Positions 8,806 to 18,552 of a stretch of 36,918 bases of DNA are shown here, piece by piece (the stretch's first letter is position 1; every line of letters begins with the position of its first letter). This DNA comes from a virus. The notes below the pieces were generated by a model. That model ran no database searches, was not told where the DNA came from, and saw only the letters and a list, made by a program, of their open reading frames with translations. The stretch is from IMG/VR virus record IMGVR_UViG_3300045988_098643, positions 1 to 36,918 of that record; one strand, given 5' to 3'. Position numbers and translations under genes: made by a program.

Positions 8806-11463
8806 CTATATCCTATACTCGCTCAGTCTAATTACTTCATCTTGCCTTTGTGTTATATCGTCCACAAACGCTTTAAATGTCTTGTCAAACATCTTGAATG
8901 TAATCTCAACAGGCTGTTTTGCCGTTGTGTCATTTTTCAATGTATGCGTGAAATTAGCATTACCTGACACATCGCCAAAACTACTGTTGAACTCACTAGA
9001 CGACTTATTAAACGTACTAATCATATCGCTTGCCATACTTTCAACTGCTTTTAATGGCTTTTTACTTGTGTCTTCAATACCTATCGCTGCTCCGAGCATC
9101 GTATTAATACCTATATCCTTAAAAACTCTAGATGGTGAGTGAATACCCAACAGCCTTTTAGCTCCGTTGATTGCATTACTTACAGCTCCAGTAACAGCTG
9201 ATATTAACCTATGAGCCGCACTTCTAACACCGTTTACAAAACCACTAATCAAGTTAGAACCAACAGACGCTGCACTTGAAATAAATCTTCTCGCACTATT
9301 TACAGCATTTTGGAACGCTTGACCTACAGTTCTTGGAAGCTGCGTAATTCTCGTTTTTACTGTACTCAACATATTTGATATAGCGTTTATTACATTGCTT
9401 TTCATTTCGTTAAACTTATTTACCGCCGATGTTTTCGCGTTTTGTACCGCATTTACAATAGTAGTTTTTATATTGTTAAAAATATTTGATGCAGTCGCTT
9501 TAATGCTATTCCAAATCTGCGACACATGACTTTTAAAAGTTTCCCATAACTGTTTGCCGATTTTTACGGCTATTTCAATTAGATTTTTAATAACTTGCTT
9601 TATACCTTCCCAAATTTGAGATGCAGCCTGCTTTATCTTCTCCCATATTTGTTTAAGAGAACTTTTAGCACCTTCCCAGTCTCCAGTTAATGTTTGTAAA
9701 AGAATCAGTATTGGTGTAATTATCACTATTTTAATCATTTCCCATACACCTTTTGCAATGCTTTTTATTCCGTCCCAAATTCCTTTTAAATTATCCTTAA
9801 CAGAATTCCACATATTCATAATCCATTCTTTGAATCCGTTCCAGACTTCTTTTACGCTATCCCATATATTAGTAGCACCTGATTTGATAGATTCCCACAA
9901 ATTTGAGAAGAACTCTTTCATTGTTTCCCATGCGTTTTTAACCCAATCAGTAAATGCCTGCCATTTATCTTTTACTGCTTCCCATAAGTTTGATGCCGTT
10001 TCTTTGATGGCTTGCCAAGTCGCCGAGAAAAACTCTTTTATGGCGTTCCAGATATTTATTACAGCATTTCTGAAATCTTCGTTTGTATTCCACAAATACA
10101 CAATTACACCGATAACCGCCGCAATTGCCACAACAACTAATCCCACTGGAGACGTTAAAAATCCGAACGCCTTACCTAATATTTCAAGTCCGCCTTTTAA
10201 ATTTCCGACAAATTCAAAAATGTCCGTTAAGTGCTTCAAGAATCCACCCAAAGCAAACACCACAGGACCAATCGCAGCCGCGAATATACCGATTTTCACA
10301 ATCATATCTTGTGTTGCAGGGTCTAGTTGATTAAACCAGTCTACCCATTCTTTTATTTTTTGAACAACGTCACGAATAAAAGGTCTCAACCTTTCCCCAA
10401 TCGCAATCGCCGCTCCTTCAACTGCCGATTTTAAAAGAACTAAGTCTCCATGTAAATTGTCATTCATAATCTTTGCCATCTCATCAGCAGACCCACTTGA
10501 ATTTTGTATAGCTGTAGTTAGTTTGTTGTAGTCTTCTTCACTTGCATTGATAATTCCAAGCATTCCACTCATCGCACGTTGCCCGAATATCATACTTGCG
10601 ATTTCTGCTTGTTGTGAGCCGTCTAGTCCTTGAAAACTATCTCTTAAAATATCTATAGTTTCATGCAGTGATTTTCCTTTAAAATCATCAGTACTTAACC
10701 CGATTAGTTCAAGCCCTTTGTTTACTTCTTTAGTTGGCTTTACTAACCTTGTGAACGCAGACCTTAATGATGTACCAGCTTGTGAACCTTTGATACCTGC
10801 ATTTGCCATTAATCCTACAGCAACTGCCGTGTCTTCGATTGAATATCCCAACGCACCTGCCACTGGAGCAGCGTATTTAAACGTTTCGCCCATCAATCCA
10901 ACATTGGTGTTTGAGTTAGTCGCAGCAGCAGCTAACACGTCACTAAATCTTGCAGCGTCCGTCGCTTTTAATCCAAACGCAGTTAATGAATCCGTTACGA
11001 TGTCTGATACAGTGCCCAAGTTTTCACCACTCGCAGCCGCTAAATTCATTATTGGTGGAAGTCCTGCAATCATTTGGTCAGTCTTCCAACCTGCCATACC
11101 CATGTATTTTAGTGCTTCTGCGGAATCTATTGCGGTGAATTTTGTAGTCGCACCCATTTTTTTAGCTATATCTTCAAGCCTTTTAAAATCTCCACCAGTA
11201 GCACCTGATATCGCCTTGACTTGACTCATCGCCGCTTCAAATTCTGATGCAGTCTTTACACTTTTAATCCCAACACCAACAAGTGGAGCAGTAACTCCCA
11301 ATGTCAACGCTTTTCCGATTCCTTGGAGTGATTCTCCCATCATCTGACTATTACTAACTGTTAAACCTTTTAATTTGTTTGTCTCGCCGTAAACTTGTTT
11401 CAGTGCGTTTTGGTACTTTGATATGTTTGCAGATATAACCGCAACAACGCTAAAACTATCCAT
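8806..11463 (-). CDS. Tape measure protein
   Basis: 885 aa with an internal TM segment and many W-x(10) periodic repeats ([28 protein letters not shown] and so on). Sits downstream of the G/T chaperones. Confidence 0.9.
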   Translation of the reverse strand: MDSFSVVAVISANISKYQNALKQVYGETNKLKGLTVSNSQMMGESLQGIGKALTLGVTAPLVGVGIKSVKTASEFEAAMSQVKAISGATGGDFKRLEDIAKKMGATTKFTAIDSAEALKYMGMAGWKTDQMIAGLPPIMNLAAASGENLGTVSDIVTDSLTAFGLKATDAARFSDVLAAAATNSNTNVGLMGETFKYAAPVAGALGYSIEDTAVAVGLMANAGIKGSQAGTSLRSAFTRLVKPTKEVNKGLELIGLSTDDFKGKSLHETIDILRDSFQGLDGSQQAEIASMIFGQRAMSGMLGIINASEEDYNKLTTAIQNSSGSADEMAKIMNDNLHGDLVLLKSAVEGAAIAIGERLRPFIRDVVQKIKEWVDWFNQLDPATQDMIVKIGIFAAAIGPVVFALGGFLKHLTDIFEFVGNLKGGLEILGKAFGFLTSPVGLVVVAIAAVIGVIVYLWNTNEDFRNAVINIWNAIKEFFSATWQAIKETASNLWEAVKDKWQAFTDWVKNAWETMKEFFSNLWESIKSGATNIWDSVKEVWNGFKEWIMNMWNSVKDNLKGIWDGIKSIAKGVWEMIKIVIITPILILLQTLTGDWEGAKSSLKQIWEKIKQAASQIWEGIKQVIKNLIEIAVKIGKQLWETFKSHVSQIWNSIKATASNIFNNIKTTIVNAVQNAKTSAVNKFNEMKSNVINAISNMLSTVKTRITQLPRTVGQAFQNAVNSARRFISSAASVGSNLISGFVNGVRSAAHRLISAVTGAVSNAINGAKRLLGIHSPSRVFKDIGINTMLGAAIGIEDTSKKPLKAVESMASDMISTFNKSSSEFNSSFGDVSGNANFTHTLKNDTTAKQPVEITFKMFDKTFKAFVDDITQRQDEVIRLSEYRI

Positions 11464-11474
11464 CTTCCACCTCC

Positions 11475-11809
11475 TTATCTGTTATTTAATTCTGCGATTT
11501 TAGACAATGCTTTTCTGTTAAATCTTTCTGTCTTATCGCTTTTATTACCTTTTAAATCTTCCAACGTTTGTTCATAATCGAATAAATCTTTAAATTCTGT
11601 AACCACGTATCTTCCATTCTTTCTAGTTAAATTCACTTGTCTATTTTGCCAAGCGGAGAATGATTCAAGATACATGCAATCCACAATATTTTTTCTATGA
11701 GCCTCAACTAAAACCTCGATTTCCCTAGGTCTCGTATCTTCAATCTCTCTTATGCTCATGGACGGGTACATTCTTTTAATCTCAATTATTATTTCTTTGT
11801 ATGTTTTTT
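11475..11809 (-). CDS. Tail assembly chaperone, -1 frame extension (gpT-like part of a G-T fusion)
   Basis: This frame is -1 relative to 11789..12175. It is open from the A6 run (11809..11804) through the annotated Met at 11771 (hand translation [17 protein letters not shown]). Confidence 0.6.
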
Positions 11810-12175
11810 GTTCGCTTGTTCTTCCTGAACGTCCTCTATTCTCTTGGTCAAGTCCGCCACCGACTTTCTCGTAAGTGGTTGCTTTTTTAACTCATCAATT
11901 AATTCCTCGCACAATTCTTCTAATTTGTCGTCCTCTGCGACTTTTACGATGTAATCTTCTATTACATCGTCTTTTACATCTTTGTTGATTAAACACGCTT
12001 TAATTGCGTTAAAAATGCCAACAACATTTTTCATTGCTATTTGTTGATACACCATACCAACACCGAATCCAAACTTAACTCCACTTGCTTCTACATAGTA
12101 TTCTCTATCTAAGAAATCTATCCCTGCGATGCTGAAATACAAGCTATAATCTCTACCATTTAATGTAATTACCAT
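11789..12175 (-). CDS. Tail assembly chaperone (gpG-like)
   Basis: 128 aa between the major tail and tape measure genes. Ends AAC AAA AAA CAT ACA AAG AAA TAA, which contains a slippery A-run. Confidence 0.7.
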   Translation of the reverse strand: MVITLNGRDYSLYFSIAGIDFLDREYYVEASGVKFGFGVGMVYQQIAMKNVVGIFNAIKACLINKDVKDDVIEDYIVKVAEDDKLEELCEELIDELKKQPLTRKSVADLTKRIEDVQEEQANKKHTKK

Positions 12176-12229
12176 TCATTTCTCCTTTTACTTTAAAAAA
12201 ATAAGGATAAGCAATTAATGCCTATCCTC

Positions 12230-12736
12230 TTATTCTGCTTTTTTTGTTGTGTCTTCAAATGCGTATGCAACAGCTTCTAATTGTTCATTAGTAAATGTTG
12301 CTTCGCCCTTTTGTCTTGTGAAATCAGTCTTAAAGCTACCGCTAATTTCCAATAAATCTTCGTTACCACTTTTCGCTGTAATTTCTGTTAGTGTACCTTG
12401 ACGATAAACCGCAGGGTATTTTTGTTTCTTCTTGAAACTTCCGTCCTCATCTGTCAAGTTCAATTCCCACAACTCCATTTTTTCGCCTGTTTGCATTGCT
12501 TCTTCCAAGTAATCATATATTGAATCTTTGTTATCTACAAACGTTGTGAATGAAATTTCTTCTTCTGTTGATGACGATGTGTTGATAGTCGCAAATTTTG
12601 TTTTTGAGCTGTCACTATCCGCAGACAACTTAACTTCGTGTTCTGTTTCATATATCATCAATTTTGCGTTTTCTTCTTTTTGTTTCGATAACTTTCTCCA
12701 CAATAAAACGACGTCTTTACCTTTTACTGCTCCCAT
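12230..12736 (-). CDS. Major tail protein (TP901-1-like by size and position)
   Basis: 168 aa. Position upstream of the chaperones. Strong RBS context. Confidence 0.7.
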   Translation of the reverse strand: MGAVKGKDVVLLWRKLSKQKEENAKLMIYETEHEVKLSADSDSSKTKFATINTSSSTEEEISFTTFVDNKDSIYDYLEEAMQTGEKMELWELNLTDEDGSFKKKQKYPAVYRQGTLTEITAKSGNEDLLEISGSFKTDFTRQKGEATFTNEQLEAVAYAFEDTTKKAE

Positions 12737-12745
12737 TTATTCCTC

Positions 12746-13135
12746 CTATAAAAAGCTAAAATCCAATTCTAATATTCCGTGGAGTAACATCTTATCTGTT
12801 GTGTTATCTCCAGTGATTTGAATATTAGAATCATTTAAAGAAAATCTATATCCGTTTTCTTTTTTCGTCTCTTTTATACGTTGCAAACACTTATTTATCA
12901 ACTCCGAAAAACTCCCTCTTTTAGTGTATTCATCACTATAAAAGTGAATTCTCATTGTTACTTTTGCTCCGTATCCCCATTTTGTCCTTATGTCATCTGA
13001 AAAACACTCGCCAATGTAAACAATAGGATACTCAACTCCCAAACCTGGAAGATACTCGTATATATGCTTTTCATCTACAATCCCAGCTAATGTTTTTCGT
13101 GTAAATTTGATTATGTCATTAATTGGTGATTTCAT
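12746..13135 (-). CDS. Tail terminator / tail completion protein
   Basis: 129 aa. Assigned by synteny between the gp10-like and major tail genes. Confidence 0.55.
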   Translation of the reverse strand: MKSPINDIIKFTRKTLAGIVDEKHIYEYLPGLGVEYPIVYIGECFSDDIRTKWGYGAKVTMRIHFYSDEYTKRGSFSELINKCLQRIKETKKENGYRFSLNDSNIQITGDNTTDKMLLHGILELDFSFL

Positions 13136-13476
13136 TTTTTAAATAACTTGTTTGTTCTTTCTACGAATTCTTTAGTCGCCTTGTCATACGCAGGTCGTAC
13201 ATACGGCTGAGCATTCATCTTCCTAGTTCCATACTCAACGTATCCTGCATAATTTGCCGTAGGTTCTATTTTTGCCGTTAATCCAAGGTCTTTGATTGTG
13301 ATAAAAATACTTCGCTTTAAAAATCCCGTGTCGACTGGCACACGCCTTTGTTCTTCAATATGACACATCGACCCACAATGTTTTACAATTTTGGTCATTT
13401 CCGTTTGTGCCAATTTTGGAGCTTTTTTAAAGTAATTCATCAACTCATTCAAGCCTTTAAATTCAATACTAGCCAT
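13132..13476 (-). CDS. HK97 gp10-family head-tail joining protein
   Basis: Motifs VPVDTGFLKRSI and AGYVEYGTRKMNAQPYVRPA. The likely start is MASIEF at 13476 after GGGAG. Confidence 0.8.
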   Translation of the reverse strand: MASIEFKGLNELMNYFKKAPKLAQTEMTKIVKHCGSMCHIEEQRRVPVDTGFLKRSIFITIKDLGLTAKIEPTANYAGYVEYGTRKMNAQPYVRPAYDKATKEFVERTNKLFKK

Positions 13477-13771
13477 TATCAACACTCCCATAAATTGCAA
13501 CATCGTCTCTGTATGTTTGAATAGATTTGATTTTGTACAGCTTATTTTTGTATTTAACTAAGTTGAAATCAAAATCGATGCCGTTTTTCATTCTGAATAC
13601 TTTTGTATCAGTTTCTATATCTCCAAATAAAAGTTTTTTATTCTCAGCCGATACGCCACTCACATACGCCATCTTTTCTACAACCTCAACATATTTGTTT
13701 ATCGTGTCGCCTGTGTCGTAATCGTACTCAGTCTTTGATTTTATAAGCTTAATTGACTTGTCATATCTCAT
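13469..13771 (-). CDS. Head-tail adaptor / head closure protein
   Basis: 100 aa. The pattern (AYVSGVSAENKKLLFGD...KVFRMK...YKIKSI) fits the phage head-tail joining family. Supported by synteny. Confidence 0.65.
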   Translation of the reverse strand: MRYDKSIKLIKSKTEYDYDTGDTINKYVEVVEKMAYVSGVSAENKKLLFGDIETDTKVFRMKNGIDFDFNLVKYKNKLYKIKSIQTYRDDVAIYGSVDNG

Positions 13772-14118
13772 AGAAATCTCACGACCTTATCGCTGTAATA
13801 TTCGTCCTCATCGTCTTCCTTTAAAAACCTATCAATATCTTCCAGATACTCATCAAAATCCTTGGAGAGGTATGTTGCAGAATGACCCTCAACGGATTCA
13901 CTCTGCATTCCCTCGCTACCAACTCTATTAAACCTTTTGATACTAACTTCAATTACAATATAGTTGAGTTTTTCTGGTATTTTCTCATACTTTTTAGGAA
14001 GATAGCTTTTTAATCTTTCTTCTACTAACTCAACTATATTTTTGATTAATTCCTTTTGAGTATCTGTAATATTTTTATCTGGGAAGACTAAAGAACAAAC
14101 TCTTTCTACATTTCCCAT
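13768..14118 (-). CDS. Head-tail connector (gp6-like)
   Basis: 116 aa immediately downstream of the major capsid gene. Confidence 0.6.
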   Translation of the reverse strand: MGNVERVCSLVFPDKNITDTQKELIKNIVELVEERLKSYLPKKYEKIPEKLNYIVIEVSIKRFNRVGSEGMQSESVEGHSATYLSKDFDEYLEDIDRFLKEDDEDEYYSDKVVRFL

Positions 14119-14124
14119 TTTTAA

Positions 14125-15009
14125 CTACGCAGCTGGATTTGCTGTAGATGCTTTAGGTGCTTCAATAGTTACTTTGATAACTCCGTCAAGTCTTTCAGCA
14201 AATAACGCAATTGCAGACAATGTTACTGTTTCCGCAGTTAATCTTTGAATATTTACATCTTTTGTTACGCCGATTACTCCAGTTGAATCTGTCACAAAAT
14301 CAAACGCCTTGTTGATTTCTCCGCCCGATACTTGTGCGTACGCTAAACATAAGTTATCAGATGCTGTTGCGTATAGTGTTCCTTTTTTCACTGATGTTGT
14401 GATAATTGCAATATCAGCTCCCAAGAAGCTTTGAACGTAATTCAATCCAAATTCTTTTTGAATTGTAATATTAGCTGATGCTAAGTAGTCCGCACAATCT
14501 AACGGATTCACAAACACAATAGTGTTTACTCCGTCATCTTCAAATATAGTTTGAACAGAGCCCCAACCTTGTGCGATTGCTCCTTTCAATCCTGTTCCTT
14601 TTGTTTTTCCTTTTGCTGTGTCTAATTGTGTAAAGAATCTTGTTCTGATGTCTTTTTGCAATTCTTTTACCAACTCAGCATCAGTCATACTTACAGCTCT
14701 TTCAAATCCAAACTTTTGGATATCTTCCGCAGACACTGCTTTTCTATGCTTGTTAAAAGCTAATTCAATTGGTTCTGCTTCTTCCATTTCAACCTTTGAC
14801 AATGGAATTAAGTCTCCTTTGTCAACATTACCATCTTGTAATGTTACCTTTGACTTGTATGTTTTGATTACTGAACCAACTGGCATTGGTAGTTTTCTTT
14901 CGATGCCCAACATTTGTTGTAATGTTGTCATCTTCTTTCCGAATACTTCTGCGAAATCAATTGATTGTGCTTTTACTAATGTTTCTGTTAAATTTTCTAA
15001 TTTTGCCAT
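14125..15009 (-). CDS. Major capsid protein
   Basis: 294 aa preceded by a scaffold gene. RBS AAGGAG upstream. Confidence 0.8.
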   Translation of the reverse strand: MAKLENLTETLVKAQSIDFAEVFGKKMTTLQQMLGIERKLPMPVGSVIKTYKSKVTLQDGNVDKGDLIPLSKVEMEEAEPIELAFNKHRKAVSAEDIQKFGFERAVSMTDAELVKELQKDIRTRFFTQLDTAKGKTKGTGLKGAIAQGWGSVQTIFEDDGVNTIVFVNPLDCADYLASANITIQKEFGLNYVQSFLGADIAIITTSVKKGTLYATASDNLCLAYAQVSGGEINKAFDFVTDSTGVIGVTKDVNIQRLTAETVTLSAIALFAERLDGVIKVTIEAPKASTANPAA

Positions 15010-15021
15010 TTTTAATACTCC

Positions 15022-15606
15022 TTATCTAAATAGTTCCATATTTGCAGCAATTAGTTTTCTACGTTCAACTGGGTCTTTGACTTCAAATATATCTTTTTTA
15101 CTTAAAGTCTTATTATTTGACATTCTTTTTGGTGGAGTTGATTTCAATCTTTCGTCGACTTCTTTTTCCACCGCTGAGTTAAAGTTTTCGATAAAAGCTT
15201 TGATGTTTTCTTTTGTTTTGTCCGCATCTTCTGTAATGATTGACGAAATCAAATCATCTGAGATACTGATGTTATTTTCTTGCAACATCTTTCTTGATAC
15301 GCTTATCATTTCGCTTTTTGTCTTTTCACTTCTCAGCTTTTGCAGTTCTTCTTCTAATTGCTTTCTTTCATACTCAGCCTTTTCAGCTTCGTCCATCTGT
15401 GCAAGTTTTTGTGCTTCAGAAATTTTCTTTTCTTGTTCCAACTTCCACTTTTTAAATTTGCTGTTAATAATTTGATTTACATCTTCATCAGTGTATTTCT
15501 TTTCTGACTGCTCTTTTTTTACATTTTCATCTTTTTTCGTTTCTTTTTCAGTCGATTCATCTACACTTTGTTTTGTTTCATCAATTATTTCTTTGTTATC
15601 TTCCAT
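15022..15606 (-). CDS. Scaffolding protein
   Basis: Highly charged, helical, K/E-rich protein upstream of the capsid gene. The likely start is MEDNKE (ATG at 15606 after GGAGG). Confidence 0.75.
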   Translation of the reverse strand: MEDNKEIIDETKQSVDESTEKETKKDENVKKEQSEKKYTDEDVNQIINSKFKKWKLEQEKKISEAQKLAQMDEAEKAEYERKQLEEELQKLRSEKTKSEMISVSRKMLQENNISISDDLISSIITEDADKTKENIKAFIENFNSAVEKEVDERLKSTPPKRMSNNKTLSKKDIFEVKDPVERRKLIAANMELFR

Positions 15607-15739
15607 TTTTCCCTCCATAATTTAAAGTTATAATGCTTAACTATTATTTCCCTAGTTTTAACGTCTGCAAGGCTTCGACAATAAAAAACATCATGTATTT
15701 CTACACAATGTTTGATTTATATTATTAATTTGTCACACT

Positions 15740-15776
15740 AAAAAAGCACCTCTAACATTTATCTTGTTAGTGTGCT
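15740..15776 (-). terminator. Intrinsic terminator after the MuF / small-ORF pair
   Basis: Minus strand AGCACACTAAC-loop-GTTAGAGGTGC (imperfect stem) followed by TTTTTT. Confidence 0.5.
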
Positions 15777-15941
15777 CTATTTAATTAATTGTTCAATTTC
15801 ATCATAGTTAACAAATTCAGTATACGTATCATCTTCCTTGTCAATATCACAAATGTATGCTTTTTGTTCTTCAAGAATTTCTACTACGCTTGCTTCATAT
15901 CCTGATTTCAATTTTATTCTATCGTACAAGTCAATTTTCAT
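15777..15941 (-). CDS. Small acidic protein, DUF4926-like by eye
   Basis: Hand translation gives MKIDLYDRIKLKSGYEASVVEILEEQKAYICDIDKEDDTYTEFVNYDEIEQLIK. The ATG lies 2 nt after the MuF stop. Below the track cutoff. Confidence 0.55.
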   Translation of the reverse strand: MKIDLYDRIKLKSGYEASVVEILEEQKAYICDIDKEDDTYTEFVNYDEIEQLIK

Positions 15942-15943
15942 CG

Positions 15944-17242
15944 CTATTTTCTCCCTTGTTTTTTCGATTTTTTCCTGTTAGTTATATATGCACTTGTTAA
16001 TCTTTTTCCTTTTTTTTCTTCAATCCAAGCTGTTAAAACATTAGCTATTCTATTATTAGCTCCCTTTAATTCAATAATTTGTTCAAAAAGATTACCATAT
16101 CCATTGTTTCCTTTTTCTATGAAGCTTCCTTCGTCGATGTTTTCTAAAATATTTTCAATTAAATCCTTGTAGTTATCCTTAGTATAACCTAAAACTTCTT
16201 CAAACGCGTATGCCTTATCTGGAGCCTTATCATAATCCAAAGCATATTCTGTAAACTTCCTTTCATCTATATTATACCCTGAATCTTGTTCTTCGTCAAT
16301 GTTATAATACGCAGCAATCGAACACCTACAAAACGGATGCATAGGTGGCAATTCATCGCCAATATCTGAATTTTCTATATCGAAAACGTGGTTATTAAAT
16401 GGTGCACATATATGACACGCTCCAGGTTCCGCAATCCACATATACTTTTCATATCCGCTTTTTCTCATCAAATTCAAGCCTGTGTTTACCTGCACTCTTG
16501 CAGACTCCGTCACAGCTAACCTAAACGCATTGTAGAACGCATTTTGTCTTCCTGTGTCGTCCATTTCTTCGCTTAAATTTTCTTCAAGCTTTCTTGCCCA
16601 CGTTCTTGGATTATCCCCCAATAACATTGAATTGTGGATTCCTGATTGCAAGTTACCTCTCATCTTATATCCATTAGCCCAAATTCTGTCGCTGAAATTA
16701 GCCGATTTGAAATCTCCGTTTATAATTGCATCTGAGTTTCTGATAAAATCCTCATAAAAGTCTGGGTCTAATCCTAATATTCCTGCTTGTCTTCTAGTTT
16801 CTTCTATCAAATCTTCTTTCAATCTTCCGTACAGCATATCAGTTTCTTTTCCCGATAATCTCATCTGTTCAATCAATATTTCGTGCTTCATCAGCTCTAA
16901 CCTTGACATTCTCATCTTCAAGTTATACAACTTTAATTCATCGTTAGCTCTCTTTGAAAAATCCTTGTTTTTCACATACTCCTTAACACGATTCACAAAC
17001 TTTTCTACATCAGTTTTATCCGCTAACTTCATCGCTTCGTCAATCGTTATACCCTCTGATTTCGCATATCTAATATACAGTCTTTCCAATCGTCGTTGTA
17101 TTTCGTCCTGCGTTGAGTTGTACATCTTCTGTAATTCTGCACGATACTTTTTATCGTCTGTAATCTTATTTTTGATATGTTCAAGTTCACGCTTTCTGAT
17201 GTACTCTCGATGTTGTTTTAAATATTTATCTCTACTGTTCAT
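15944..17242 (-). CDS. Minor head protein (SPP1 gp7/MuF family) with a C-terminal DUF6883-like extension
   Basis: MuF-like core ending PPMHPFCRCSI. The extra ~115 aa (FTEYALDYDKAPDKAYAFEEVLGYTKDNY...YGNLFEQ...VLTAWIEEKKGKRLTSAYI) matches the DUF6883 pattern as I recall it. Confidence 0.8.
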   Translation of the reverse strand: MNSRDKYLKQHREYIRKRELEHIKNKITDDKKYRAELQKMYNSTQDEIQRRLERLYIRYAKSEGITIDEAMKLADKTDVEKFVNRVKEYVKNKDFSKRANDELKLYNLKMRMSRLELMKHEILIEQMRLSGKETDMLYGRLKEDLIEETRRQAGILGLDPDFYEDFIRNSDAIINGDFKSANFSDRIWANGYKMRGNLQSGIHNSMLLGDNPRTWARKLEENLSEEMDDTGRQNAFYNAFRLAVTESARVQVNTGLNLMRKSGYEKYMWIAEPGACHICAPFNNHVFDIENSDIGDELPPMHPFCRCSIAAYYNIDEEQDSGYNIDERKFTEYALDYDKAPDKAYAFEEVLGYTKDNYKDLIENILENIDEGSFIEKGNNGYGNLFEQIIELKGANNRIANVLTAWIEEKKGKRLTSAYITNRKKSKKQGRK

Positions 17243-18551
17243 CTTCGCTTCTCATATCGTCATATGTTATTACTGGCTGTGATTCTTCTTTCATTTTTTC
17301 AAGCTCAGCTTTGACATCTGGAATAATTGACAAGTTATTCAACATAGTTTCCTCGCTCACTAAATTCTTCAAATTCAATCCAATTTGACTTTCTTCTAAA
17401 ATATTTGACGGTACATTTCGTGTAAACTTGAATTCTATGTCTTTCAAATCGTCCTGCTTAATCTTGCTGTTTGCCACATTGCTTATTATTCTATATCTTG
17501 TGTATAGTGATTTTTGGAATTTACGCTCTTTTGTAATCGCTAAATTGCTCATTGACAATAGCTTATATTTCAACGCAATCCCTGAGCTTGTTCCAAAATT
17601 CTCGTCATTTATGTTCGCCACCATCGACAAAGCAAATATTTGCTTTTCAAGCCTGTTGATTAAATTTTCTTGTGTTTCGTCTGCATTTGGTTTGTTCATA
17701 AACTCAACGATTAGCTTGTCCGTCGTCGCACCTGCAAGGTTAATTATCCTGTTAGACTTAATCATTCTTAAATCTTCATATTTTAACCTAGCACCTAAAA
17801 TCTTTAAATAAGCGTCCGCGAAATAATCCACATCATTAGCCTTTTCGCTCATCGCCTTATTATATGCATCAATCAACGATTCAACATTTTCAAACGCCCC
17901 TTGCTTTTCTTCATTTTCGATGTATTCAATAATTGGAACAACGTGAAACTGATTAGCTTCTTCTTCCGTGAATATCAGCTCTCCATCTTCGTTTGTTTCA
18001 AAATATCTGATGTAGTTTTCATCTGATATTGAGCCACTTATCTTTTCGTCTTTTATTTGATATCTAACCCCAAACATCACGTCTTCCGTGATTGAATTAT
18101 CACGGATAACAAAACATTGACGTGGATCTACAGCCGTTGAATTGACCATCGCATTATTATCCAGGAATAACAATTCAAACGCATGTCCATAAATACTGCA
18201 CATCTTCGATATCTCAGCGTTAACATCATCAATCGAATTATACGCTCTGAATAAATTGATATTATCACTCACGCTGTCGTTTATATGCGTAACTTTTACT
18301 GGAATACCAATAAAAAAACCATTGAATGTGTCAACGATATATTTTGCATAATTGAACACAAGTCTGTTGTCAGGCTTAAACTCAGGTTTACTATCCTGAT
18401 ATAAAATATCGTGTAAACCAATGTACATATCGTGTAATTTTTGATACCTTACACATAAACTCTTATGTTTGTTTATAAACTCTAATAAAAGCTCCTCATT
18501 TATTTCTTTTTCTTTATCTAAATAAAAAGTTTTATCTAAATACTCAATCAT
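17232..18551 (-). CDS. Portal protein (SPP1 gp6-like)
   Basis: 439 aa between terL and the MuF gene. Acidic C-terminus. Confidence 0.85.
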   Translation of the reverse strand: MIEYLDKTFYLDKEKEINEELLLEFINKHKSLCVRYQKLHDMYIGLHDILYQDSKPEFKPDNRLVFNYAKYIVDTFNGFFIGIPVKVTHINDSVSDNINLFRAYNSIDDVNAEISKMCSIYGHAFELLFLDNNAMVNSTAVDPRQCFVIRDNSITEDVMFGVRYQIKDEKISGSISDENYIRYFETNEDGELIFTEEEANQFHVVPIIEYIENEEKQGAFENVESLIDAYNKAMSEKANDVDYFADAYLKILGARLKYEDLRMIKSNRIINLAGATTDKLIVEFMNKPNADETQENLINRLEKQIFALSMVANINDENFGTSSGIALKYKLLSMSNLAITKERKFQKSLYTRYRIISNVANSKIKQDDLKDIEFKFTRNVPSNILEESQIGLNLKNLVSEETMLNNLSIIPDVKAELEKMKEESQPVITYDDMRSEDEQ

Positions 18552-18552
18552 T

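Noticed and set aside
8882-11224. Plus-strand ORFs within the tape measure gene (8882..9142, 9758..10330, 10125..10334, 10718..11224, 10950..11138)
   Set aside because: They are antisense to a well-supported 885-aa TMP. They show hydrophobic or low-complexity artefact composition and have no RBS.
14618-15475. 285-aa plus-strand ORF
   Set aside because: It is antisense to the capsid and scaffold genes. Its low-complexity S/F/L/I-rich translation is typical of the reverse frame of AT-rich coding DNA. It has no RBS and conflicts with strongly supported genes.
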